Origin: Crocinitomicaceae bacterium | GTDB taxonomy: Bacteria; Bacteroidota; Bacteroidia; Flavobacteriales_D; Crocinitomicaceae | Direction of reading: 5' to 3' | Length of the DNA: 64,000 bases | Assembly: GCA_044239425.1 (NCBI GenBank) | Contig: JBIIBL010000003.1 | Location: 3,370 to 67,369, forward strand | Shown: piece by piece, positions 52,782 through 62,100 of the stretch | How positions within the stretch are numbered: the first letter of the stretch is position 1 | How the letters are laid out: every line of letters starts with the position of its first letter | Notes under the pieces: model-generated | What the model was told of the DNA's origin: nothing | The model's database searches: none | What the model saw: the letters and a program-made list of their open reading frames with translations, nothing else | Translations under genes and position numbers: made by a program

Positions 52782-53620
52782 TGTATTTTTTTTAGGAGCA
52801 CTACGGCCCAGTTTTCGCGGGCGTCGGTTCTGACCCATTCGAAACCAACTTGTGCAGCCGCTGCAACGAGATCAGGCGCATCGGTTACAAAAAATCCACT
52901 CAGTAAGAGGAGTCCGCCGCTGGCAATTGCATGGCTGTAGTTGGGTAGTTGCTCAAGAAGGACATTTTTGTTGATGTTTGCTAAAATGACATCAAACTGA
53001 ACGGCAGGTATCGCTTCTGCCCCACCGTGAATAGCGCTGATGCGCAGGCTTTTATTGAGCGCTACATTTTCAAGGATGTTTTCCGCAGACCATTCTTCAA
53101 TTTCGATGGCTACAATTTGTTGTGCACCCAAACGCTCCGCTAAAATGGCCAAAACGCCTGTGCCCGAGCCCATGTCGAGAACGGTCTTGCCTTCCCAATC
53201 CATGGAAAGCATGTTTTGGCAAATGAGGTGGGTGGTTTGGTGGTGCCCCGTACCAAAACTCATTTTGGGCAAGATCGTAAGCTCAATACCCTCAAAGGGT
53301 GCTAATGCATGAAACGGCGCCACAATGCGCAGGTTTTCTCCAATAAATACAGGTTCGAACTGCGCTTCCCAGGTAGCATTCCAGTTTTGTTGCGGCAGCA
53401 GCACAAGATCGTAACTTTCTATTTCGGCACCACTTGCTTGCAATTGCCCGAGTAAGGTCTGTAGGGCAGCGCCGTCATAACTAGACTCGGGAATATACGC
53501 TTTGAGCCGAGGCGCTTCTTCGACAAAACTTTCGTAATCGAGTTCTGCTAAATAAGCGACAAAGATGTCGTTCCAAGTGTCAAAATTGCCAAGATTGAGT
53601 TGAAGTTCGTAGTAATTCAT
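52778..53620 (-). CDS. prmA: ribosomal protein L11 methyltransferase
   Basis: GTGHHQTT, SAM motif LDMGSGTGVLAI and ANI motif. I set the start at MNYYEL (53620), giving an ATGA overlap with the tpiA stop. Confidence 0.88.
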   Translation of the reverse strand: MNYYELQLNLGNFDTWNDIFVAYLAELDYESFVEEAPRLKAYIPESSYDGAALQTLLGQLQASGAEIESYDLVLLPQQNWNATWEAQFEPVFIGENLRIVAPFHALAPFEGIELTILPKMSFGTGHHQTTHLICQNMLSMDWEGKTVLDMGSGTGVLAILAERLGAQQIVAIEIEEWSAENILENVALNKSLRISAIHGGAEAIPAVQFDVILANINKNVLLEQLPNYSHAIASGGLLLLSGFFVTDAPDLVAAAAQVGFEWVRTDARENWAVVLLKKIQ

Positions 53621-54360
53621 GCGTGGAGGGCTTGCCAAAGTTGATGAAAAGTATGTGGGTTAAGCGCTGCACCACCCACTAGTGCGCCATCTACATCCGT
53701 ACAACTGAAAATTGCTGCGGCGTTCTCGGCATTGACGCTTCCACCGTATAGGATGGGTACAAGTTGACCAGCTGCACCAAAAAGGCGCACCAAATGGTTG
53801 CGGATGGCCAGATGCATTTCGGTGACTTGAGCGATATCTGCGCTTAAGCCCGTACCGATTGCCCAAATTGGCTCATAGGCCACTACCAATAAATGAAGTT
53901 GTGCGGCGCTCAACTGACTTAAATTATCGGAAAGTTGGGCCAATACAAAGGGTAAGTGTTCCCCTAGCTCTCGTGTTTGAAGCGCTTCTCCACAGCAAAG
54001 TATAAAAGGAAAAGAGCCTTGCGCACATGCCTGTACTTTTTGCGCAATTACATTGTTGTCTTCTGCAAAAATTTGACGGCGTTCAGAGTGGCCAATAAGT
54101 GTTGACTGCACGTCGATATTTTGCAGTTGTTCTATCGAGATTTCTCCCGTGTAAGCACCTCTTGACTCGGAAAATACATTTTGAGCACCAACATGCACAT
54201 CCTTCTCAACTATTTGCTTCAAATAGATAGCACTCGGATAAATCCTGACTTCGGCTTTCGAGGAATGCCAATCAAGGGTATAAAAGGTATCTAACCAGGT
54301 GTCTACTGCTGGTTGCGTCAAATTCATTTTCCAATTTGCCGCGAGTATCTTTTTTCGCAT
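53617..54360 (-). CDS. tpiA: triose-phosphate isomerase
   Basis: AANWKMN, IGHSERR, YEPIWAIGTG and YGGSV motifs. Confidence 0.95.
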   Translation of the reverse strand: MRKKILAANWKMNLTQPAVDTWLDTFYTLDWHSSKAEVRIYPSAIYLKQIVEKDVHVGAQNVFSESRGAYTGEISIEQLQNIDVQSTLIGHSERRQIFAEDNNVIAQKVQACAQGSFPFILCCGEALQTRELGEHLPFVLAQLSDNLSQLSAAQLHLLVVAYEPIWAIGTGLSADIAQVTEMHLAIRNHLVRLFGAAGQLVPILYGGSVNAENAAAIFSCTDVDGALVGGAALNPHTFHQLWQALHA

Positions 54361-54381
54361 GAAACGAAAATAAGACTTTTA

Positions 54382-55464
54382 TCAGCGCAACTTTTGCTTT
54401 TGTAATTGGGTTTTCAAGTCTTCTTTGTTGAAAGCCTCTGCACCTTCTGGGCCATGGTAGAGTTTCACGAGGTTTCCGTTCCATAAATACGCCACTCCTG
54501 GCACATCGCGGTTGCCACCTAATACAGTCCAAAACTCAATAATATCTAATACTTTGTATGTATAAGAAGCGCCGGCAAACTTAAAGAAGTCCGGGATTTC
54601 TTCTGCGGCTTCGTCCATGAATAAAATCTGAATTTCGGGAAAGCCTGGCGTACTATTTTTAAGTGCTGTAAGTTGTTTAGCCGTAGCGCGGCAGTGGTCG
54701 CAGCTTGGCGCAAAAAAACAAAGTAGCTTTTTGCCTTGATTGATGTTGGCAAAGTGCTTTTCGTAGCCCGATTTCTTCATTTTTGGCCCCTGCTCCTTTG
54801 GCTGAACAACCTTAGCGGTGTCTTTGGTCGGGCCAGCAGTTGGTGTGTTTTGGGAAACTTGCTCTTCTGGAGTAATTGGAGTCTGAACTTCACTTTTAAT
54901 TGCTTCATCTGGAATGGCTACACTAGCCGTTGCCACTTTGTAGGTCGGAATGAGCATAAACATGAGCAACATGCAAACAGCAATAATGGTTGTTAAGAAC
55001 CAAATGTTGGAACGCTCAGGGAGTTGGGCGCCGTAGCGCTTCCAAAGCAAGGCCAATAGGCCAATTGATAAAATGTTTTTCATAATCGCTTCTAATGGGG
55101 TCATGGGTAAAAGGGCGCCAAAACAACCGCAATTGCCTTTGTTGCCAGTGGTTAAAATTTCGATGGAGAGGTGCACGACAAAAATGCCAAGCATGGCGAT
55201 GAGTGCCGGAATGACCCATTTTTTGAGATCAAAAGGAAAAAGCAACAACAAGCCAAGGCCGAACTCTAAGCCAATAAGGCTTCGGGAGAAAATTTTGGCG
55301 AGCTCAACCGAAAAACCTAACGGATACAGTTGTTTGATTTCAAACATGGAAATAGTGCCGTAAGCTGAAGGGTCTGGATAAATTTTGCCGTAGGCCGACA
55401 CAAGGAAGAGCCCAGCGATGAGCATGCGGATACTCCAGGGAAGATAGCGTTCGATTGGTTGCAT
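54382..55464 (-). CDS. MauE/DoxX-type membrane domain fused to a thioredoxin-like CxxC domain (BT_3928-like)
   Basis: 360 aa. The N-terminal TM helices include a CGCFG motif. A Pro/Thr-rich linker leads to a C-terminal thioredoxin-like domain with FFAPSCDHC. Confidence 0.72.
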   Translation of the reverse strand: MQPIERYLPWSIRMLIAGLFLVSAYGKIYPDPSAYGTISMFEIKQLYPLGFSVELAKIFSRSLIGLEFGLGLLLLFPFDLKKWVIPALIAMLGIFVVHLSIEILTTGNKGNCGCFGALLPMTPLEAIMKNILSIGLLALLWKRYGAQLPERSNIWFLTTIIAVCMLLMFMLIPTYKVATASVAIPDEAIKSEVQTPITPEEQVSQNTPTAGPTKDTAKVVQPKEQGPKMKKSGYEKHFANINQGKKLLCFFAPSCDHCRATAKQLTALKNSTPGFPEIQILFMDEAAEEIPDFFKFAGASYTYKVLDIIEFWTVLGGNRDVPGVAYLWNGNLVKLYHGPEGAEAFNKEDLKTQLQKQKLR

Positions 55465-55526
55465 GTGTTTGGTTTTGAAGTAAAATTAAACGCGTATTTG
55501 AATCTTGACTGCACTTTAACAGCCTC

Positions 55527-56066
55527 TTAACAATTTTCCAAATGAATAAGTGCAAAAACGCTGTAATTGAGCATGTCAAAATAATTGCCTTCCACCCCTT
55601 CAGAAACTTGAGTGGCGCCAGCGTTGTCTTCAATTTGCTTGATGCGCATGATTTTGCTCAGAATGAGGTCCGTGAGAGAGCTCACGCGCATGTCGCGCCA
55701 CGCTTCGCCGTAGTCGTGGTTTTTTCGCTCCATGAGGGCTTGCGCCTCCGCAGCAATTTTCTTGTACTTTACAATGGCTTCTTGCGCTTCCATGGTGTCT
55801 TGCAAACCTGCGGGTTCTCGGACTTGTATAATGGCCATGATGCAATAATTGACAATGGCTTGAAAAGCGTCTTCAAAGCTTTCGCCCACCAAATTTTTGC
55901 CCGTTTCTTGAATGGTCCGGATGCGCTGTGCTTTGATAAAGAGTTGGTCAGTTAAGGAGCTCGGTCGCAAGATGCGCCAAGAGAGTCCGTAGTCGAGTGT
56001 TTTTTTTTCGAAAATCTCTCGACAAATAGTCATTACATTTGTGTATTGTATTTGCGTTTGTGTCAT
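55527..56066 (-). CDS. DUF1599 domain protein
   Basis: 179 aa with two internal repeats of the pattern DYG..WR..R..SLTD....K..RI..I. This is the conserved Bacteroidota neighbour of folP. Confidence 0.72.
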   Translation of the reverse strand: MTQTQIQYTNVMTICREIFEKKTLDYGLSWRILRPSSLTDQLFIKAQRIRTIQETGKNLVGESFEDAFQAIVNYCIMAIIQVREPAGLQDTMEAQEAIVKYKKIAAEAQALMERKNHDYGEAWRDMRVSSLTDLILSKIMRIKQIEDNAGATQVSEGVEGNYFDMLNYSVFALIHLENC

Positions 56067-56937
56067 GAGTCAAGCTAAGGAACTAAGTACGGCATTTCAG
56101 AAGAGCCGCTTTTTAAATATAAAAGGCGTACTCCACGACTTCAGCCAACCAAAGATAATGGGAATTTTGAACATAACGCCCGACTCCTTCTTTGAACAGA
56201 GTCGCGTTTTGAAACAAGAACAACTCCTCGAACGCGCCAAAATCATGATTGACGCTGGCGCGGACATCCTAGATCTAGGTGCAAGCTCAACGCGTCCGAA
56301 CGCAAGTATCAATAGTGCGCAAGAAGAAATCGAGCGCTTGGGTGACAGCATACTAGCTCTCAAAAAGAACTTTCCTCATTTACTCGTCTCCTTGGATACC
56401 TATTACGGTGCAGTTGCCCAGCATGGCATCGAACAAGGCGCAGATATCATCAACGATATTTCGGCTGGTCAGTTCGACCCCACACTATGGCCAGTTGTAG
56501 CCTCAAGCCAAATACCATACATTCTTAATTATAACCGAGCAGATCAGCAAAATGAAGCGAGCTCTCACCTCAAAAATAAAGGTATTGTGAGCGATGCTCT
56601 TTCCTTTCTTTCTGAAAAACAAGCCGTACTTAAGGCTTTGGGTTGCACGGATATTTTAATCGACCCGGGCTTTGGTTTTGGCAAAAGCCTGAACGAAAAC
56701 CATGAACTGCTGCAAAAATTAGAACACCTACATTTATTAGGCGCTCCTCTGCTTGTTGGCGTCTCTAGAAAATCAATGATTACCAAGAAATTAAATTGCA
56801 GCCCTAACGAAGCATTAAATGGCACGATCATCTTACAAACACTTGCCTACACGAAAGGTGCACGCATTTTTAGAGTGCACGACGTCAAGGAAGTAAAAGA
56901 GCTGATTCTCTTGTTAGCTGCCCAAGATTTGCACTAA
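56065..56937 (+). CDS. folP: dihydropteroate synthase
   Basis: IMGILNITPDSFF, DILDLGASSTRP, INDIS and DPGFGFGK motifs. I set the start at ATG 56065; the track start at 56041 is a GTG. Confidence 0.92.
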   Translation: MSQAKELSTAFQKSRFLNIKGVLHDFSQPKIMGILNITPDSFFEQSRVLKQEQLLERAKIMIDAGADILDLGASSTRPNASINSAQEEIERLGDSILALKKNFPHLLVSLDTYYGAVAQHGIEQGADIINDISAGQFDPTLWPVVASSQIPYILNYNRADQQNEASSHLKNKGIVSDALSFLSEKQAVLKALGCTDILIDPGFGFGKSLNENHELLQKLEHLHLLGAPLLVGVSRKSMITKKLNCSPNEALNGTIILQTLAYTKGARIFRVHDVKEVKELILLLAAQDLH

Positions 56938-56987
56938 TTGTAACTTTTTTGCGTACTTTCGTATGATTGTACATCTTTAACAAGCGT

Positions 56988-57932
56988 ATGAAAGCTTTTA
57001 CTTTATTTTTTGCCTCCTGTTTTGCATGGCTCAGCTATGCTCAGGCCCCTTCCGCCAACTTTACCATTTCTGACCCCGACAACATGCTTTGTGAAGGCGA
57101 CTGCATTTTCGTAGTAAACAACTCCACCGGCGACGACCTTACCTATCTCTGGACTTTCCAAAATGCGAGCCCAGGTACCTTTGTAGGTCAAAACCCTGGT
57201 CCTATTTGTTTCAACATAGCAAGTACAACTGGTCCTTTCGCCATCACCCTTAACGCTACAAACCAACAAGGCGCGGTAAGTACCATTACCCAATTTGTAA
57301 CGGTCTTGCCAATGCCAACCATTACAAGTACCATTTCGGATACCTTAGCAGGAGTTTATGTCGTGATTCCCGACACTACGATTGACATGTTTCAAGAAGC
57401 ATATTTATACGCTGAAGGCGCCCCGTTTGGTGGCAACCTCACTTGGTACCCAAGCGGTGTAGCTGCAGATAGCATCCCTGGTTGCAGCACTTGTATTGCA
57501 GGCGACTCCTTAACAGTAACTCCATTTTACACCACTTATTATGTGGTACAATACGGCCTAAACGGCTGTTTTGCCTACGACACCGTATTAGTAACTGTTA
57601 ATTTTGCAAATCTTGTTAAAGTAGAGCTGCCAAATTCTTTCTCTCCCAATGACGACGGCGAGAACGACTTTTTCCGCGTACTCACCAACGTAGATGCAGA
57701 TAGCAATTTTGGCAACGGCTTTGAAGAAGGTGGCGCGCTCGCAGAGATCGACTTACGTGTCTTTAACCGCTATGGCCAACAAGTGTTCCGCACCACAGAC
57801 GTCAAAGAAGGCTGGGACGGCACTTACAAAGGTAAGGCCATGAACCCTGCTACTTACACCTATATTTTAAACTTCCGCACCATTGACGGCCGTTCAGGCT
57901 CGCGCAAAGGTAACGTGACCCTTTTTAGATAA
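56988..57932 (+). CDS. small T9SS cargo: PKD-like domain protein with type-B (gliding-motility-associated, CHU_C-type) C-terminal sorting domain
   Basis: Signal peptide MKAFTLFFASCFAWLSYAQ. The C-terminal pattern is PNSFSPNDDGENDFF...VFNRYGQQVF...GWDGTYKGK...TYTY. I moved the start from the TTG at 56967 to ATG 56988. Confidence 0.82.
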   Translation: MKAFTLFFASCFAWLSYAQAPSANFTISDPDNMLCEGDCIFVVNNSTGDDLTYLWTFQNASPGTFVGQNPGPICFNIASTTGPFAITLNATNQQGAVSTITQFVTVLPMPTITSTISDTLAGVYVVIPDTTIDMFQEAYLYAEGAPFGGNLTWYPSGVAADSIPGCSTCIAGDSLTVTPFYTTYYVVQYGLNGCFAYDTVLVTVNFANLVKVELPNSFSPNDDGENDFFRVLTNVDADSNFGNGFEEGGALAEIDLRVFNRYGQQVFRTTDVKEGWDGTYKGKAMNPATYTYILNFRTIDGRSGSRKGNVTLFR

Positions 57933-57936
57933 GCAC

Positions 57937-58962
57937 ATGAAAAGCAACGTATTCTTATCCCTCGCACTTGCAGCAACTTTTAGCGCTGCTGCTCAACACG
58001 ACCGCCTTATTTCGAATTGGTCGCAATCACAAATGATTTACAACCCTGGTGCTGTGGCAACTGGCCAAGGAGACATGAGCTTTTTTGCCAATCACCGCTC
58101 GCAATGGTTAACCGTTCCAGAAATGGGTGTTGGTATCCGCAGTAATTTTGTCAATGGCGAATTCAAAATCAAGGAAGAAGGCTTAGCCAATCGCAACAAC
58201 TTTGGTATTGGTTTTAACATACTCAGCGACCAATCTGGCGCCGCCAACCTCACTACCCTCAGTGTTTCTTTACCTTTGAACTACACCCTCGCACTTGATC
58301 GCCAAAACAAACTCAGTATTGGTATAGCACCTGGCTTTATTCAACAATCGTCTGATCGTTCGGGTCAAACTTGGGAAAATCAATGGGATGGATCGGTTTT
58401 CAATCCTGCAACCTCTGTAGAAAACAGCATCAATGGCAGCTACGCTACCATGGATCTCGGAACTGGTATTTTCTTCCAGCACCAAATCAACAACCGCTCT
58501 TCTTTCTACGCGGGCTATGCACTCAACCACCTTATTAAGCCAAAAATGGCTTGGTCTTTCAGCGGCGATAAAATGTACATGCAAATGGTATTGCAAGGTG
58601 GTGCCGACTTAGCGACGCGCAACACTGACTTCCGAATTCAACCTAACTTTGTTTATTTCAGAACAGGCAACACCAACAGCCTTACAGCTGGGGTAACATT
58701 CGAAAACACCATCAAAGAAGGCTCAAAAATTACCGGTATCAATAAATCTAATTGTGTGAACTACGGCGTTTACTACCGCCACGGCGATGCCGTTGTTGCG
58801 ACCTTCGGAATGAAAGTATCGCAATTCCGCTTTGGTCTTTCCTTCGATGCCAACACCTCCAAACTCAATCAAGCGACAGGAGGTATTGGTGGCATGGAAG
58901 TCTATTTTAAAGCGCTATTGAACTACAAAAAGTTCAACGCACAATCGCGCATGCGCGACTAA
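57937..58962 (+). CDS. PorP/SprF-family type IX secretion system outer-membrane protein
   Basis: 341 aa with a signal peptide and the early motif Q..MIYNPGA typical of PorP/SprF. The predicted beta-barrel is Gly/aromatic-rich. It lies 4 nt downstream of a type-B CTD cargo gene, the usual pairing. Confidence 0.8.
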   Translation: MKSNVFLSLALAATFSAAAQHDRLISNWSQSQMIYNPGAVATGQGDMSFFANHRSQWLTVPEMGVGIRSNFVNGEFKIKEEGLANRNNFGIGFNILSDQSGAANLTTLSVSLPLNYTLALDRQNKLSIGIAPGFIQQSSDRSGQTWENQWDGSVFNPATSVENSINGSYATMDLGTGIFFQHQINNRSSFYAGYALNHLIKPKMAWSFSGDKMYMQMVLQGGADLATRNTDFRIQPNFVYFRTGNTNSLTAGVTFENTIKEGSKITGINKSNCVNYGVYYRHGDAVVATFGMKVSQFRFGLSFDANTSKLNQATGGIGGMEVYFKALLNYKKFNAQSRMRD

Positions 58963-59040
58963 AGCTGAAGCCTAAACTCAAAAATTCAGGCGGAGGTATT
59001 GGACTCTCTGAAGCCATCACCAAAGCAATCTCATGATCTA

Positions 59041-59080
59041 AAAGCACCACCTCAATAAGTGGTGCTTTGTATTTTTTCTT
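59041..59080 (+). terminator. rho-independent terminator (possibly bidirectional) between convergent T9SS genes
   Basis: A 10-bp stem AAAGCACCAC/GTGGTGCTTT (59041-59050 and 59059-59068) with an 8-nt loop, followed by GTATTTTTTCTTTGTTTT. It lies 79 nt after the sprF-like stop. An A-rich tract on the other side could serve the minus-strand gene. Confidence 0.7.
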
Positions 59081-59135
59081 TGTTTTCATATCTGTATTTT
59101 GGCTAACGTTTATCATATGTTTTCTTTTTTGAAAA

Positions 59136-62100
59136 TTAATTGGTGAGCAATAACTTGTAAATTTTAGATTGGTTTTGAGAATGCACATTCAAAAAGTAGG
59201 TGCCCGACACATTAGGAATGGGCAAATATTCAATTTGTTGTTCAAATCGTTTTTCAAATACCAACCTTCCCGAGAGGTCATATAACTGTAGCGTTCCTTC
59301 AGGTAAGTACGCAGCCTCTAACGTCACTACAATTCCATTTTGCGCATCATGTGTTACATCGAGTAAATCATCTAAATAAACTATTTCGCTAGCGTCTATT
59401 GGAGTAAATAAAGGTCCAACTGGATTGCCATTATGCACGTTGAAGTGGAGCACAAATCTTGTCGCGATGAGGCCATTGGTCGAATAGAATGTATATGTTG
59501 GTTGAACACTGAGGTCCTGAAGAATACCTAGCTGCTTATCTTCTAACAAAACAAGACCGTTATTGACATTCAATTCTTCGGCATGAATGGTATACATTTT
59601 AGAGTGCGGCAACTCAAAAACCAACGGTATTTGATTTTTGGATTTTTGGAGCTTCAGCGCATTGATCACTAGCTTTTTACCGTTTACAACCGTATAGCAT
59701 TGCGGATAATTGACAACCAACATTTTTTCGGCATCGAAAGCATCGACCTGCGAACTCACTTGCTGATCCATATAAATGAGCAATTGATCTTTGCGCAAGC
59801 CGTCTTCTAGATTTAACCTGATAAATGCGGGGAAATCTAGCGCCGTACTTTTCAAGCCTTCAAAGCCAATCGCATGATGACTGCGCATGGCATTGGTAAA
59901 ACCAATACTCCCTGTTGTGTTTCCGTCGGGAATTTTCACCCAGAAAGATTGTAGCGGTGGAATAAACTGATTGACGGCAATGCCACTCAAACTTGTTCCC
60001 AAACCGCTTTGCGCGTTGTAGGTATCGAAAACCATTGTTTGCAAAGGATCAGCCGTACGATACCACATAGTTGGTAGTAAGTTGGTCAGGTTGGCTGCAT
60101 CGAAATCTAAATAGGATGCATACGGATTAGAAACCAAATTGAAACCGCGGTAAAAATTAGTTGTACCTGTTCGGGTGCAAGGAATCGTAAAGTTACCGTT
60201 ATTGAGCGTGCTACCATTAAATACGAGTGTATCATTGGTGAGGCTTTGTACAAAATACCCCTTCCCTACTTCAATCGGTGTTGTGGCGCCCGTAATTTCT
60301 TGCCAATTGCTGTTTGAGCGGCAAAATCTGAACTTAAAGTTGTAGGCATAGGCGCACCTAAAAACCAAAACCTGCCAATAGGAGTAATTTGGCCAGTACC
60401 GGTAATATATTGCTGAAGTTGAACAGTGCCGTTACCAGTCCAAGTGCCATTGGTGGCCTGAACGAGAGTTGCTTTGTCTTCTATGGTAAGTTGGCCTAAT
60501 AAGTTGATTTCACCATCGACCGATAGTTTTTTGCTCTCTTTTAGCTTGAGATGAGCCCCTGAAGCAATAGCGAGAAACGCAAGGTTGGCATTGGTATCTA
60601 GAAAAACGGTTGTTGCTGTTGGTATATGAACGCTTGCACCAACCGCTGGCACACCGCCGCACCAATTGCCAGCTTGCTTCCAAGAGCCTTGTTCGATGCC
60701 TTTCCAAGAGCCCATCGGCAAAACCAAAGCCTCTACGTCGCAACGACCAGAGCTCTCACAGCCATTTGATCCTAATTGCGCCGCAAAATAATGACCTTGA
60801 TTCACCAGCGGTGTCGCATTTGACAACGGCTGGGTACTCGATAAACTTGGATACCATACCAGATTAGACTGCACCAAGCTCAAATCGCTTATGAGCGCTC
60901 CAACACAACGTTTTTGTTGGGCCTGACCCGTAGGATTACTTGGCACTTCCGGAGCAGCTTGAATGACAACAGCTGCAGTCAGGCTAGAGCTTCGTCCGGT
61001 ATAACTTGTCACTTTAAATGTATAATTCTGGCCCGGTGCTAAACCATCGACGAGTGCAGAAGAACCTGTTCCTGTTTTGGACCCACCGGGAAAACCAGTA
61101 ATGCGCCATTGGCCCGTTGGCAGCCCCGAAAAGTGCACTTTACCAAAACCGTTTGTGCAACTTGGTTGCTCAACCTGTACAATCTGCGGCATTGCAGGAG
61201 GGGCTGCCGGAGAAAAGTCTAAGCCCTTAAAAATGAAATGGTTTCCGGATGAGGCTAGCTCTTGTGCTATTGCATTAAGACTGGAGTCTGTTAAAACCAG
61301 CAATTTGTTATTGTCCTGCCCAGGGCTTGCCAAAAAAGTGCTGGCATAGAGTTTGGGCAATGAATCAGCGTAATCTACCACTAAGCCATTGGCACGATGT
61401 CCGTGGGTATAGATTTTATTCCAACTCGCATTTTCAAATTTCCATTTTTGAATACCGCCACCGCTCTGCCCGTTAACAGGTTGATCGTCGGCGACATAAG
61501 CAAGTTTAGCATCCGGACCGATCGAGAAACCCCTTGGCGAAGGTGTGGCCAAAATAAGTGTTACTGTTTGCCCAGCGGTAGTAGGCAGGCCGCTACCCAA
61601 CTGATAAACACCTGCAGGGCTTTCGGCGGTCGAGAAATAAAGCTGTTCATTGAAAACCTCTAACGTTCGTATCGCTGAAAACGCAGTTGTCAGTTGTATA
61701 AAATTAACACCATCAAAATACCAAACACCACCTGAGTTGCTAGAACCTATACCTGCGGCATAAAAACAGCCATTTGGCAATGGAACCAAAGAGGTCAAAT
61801 AACCTGCTTCAAAAGGCAGATTTGAACCCACTGTGGGTAAAATAATGCGCGTATTTACCGATGCGCCTGTGCCAAGAATATTAGTTGCCTTTGCCTGTGT
61901 TTGAGCCAAATTGGCGGTTCCGGGAGCAGCCACAAAACCAGGTACACCCACCAAGTTATTGACAGAATTGAGGTAGCCTGTTGCTACATTGAGCTCCCCC
62001 GTTTCGGTGAGTAAATTGTTGTTTTCGAACTGTTGACCTAAGGTTTGAACAATGGCACCACCGGTTATTAATTCTTGTAAGTTCAACGGATAAGCCACCG

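Noticed and set aside
58934-59188. An 84-aa minus-strand ORF whose internal Met (59089) gives MKTKKKYKAPLIEVVLLDHEIALVMASESPIPPPEF.... It superficially resembles small Bacteroidota leader or bacteriocin-like peptides and sits next to T9SS genes.
   Set aside because: The KAPLIEVVLL stretch is encoded exactly by the 10-bp terminator stem-loop (59041-59068). The ORF's 3' end overlaps the sprF-like coding region and its upstream part overlaps the adhesin gene's 3' end. It is most simply a by-product of a hairpin in a convergent spacer.
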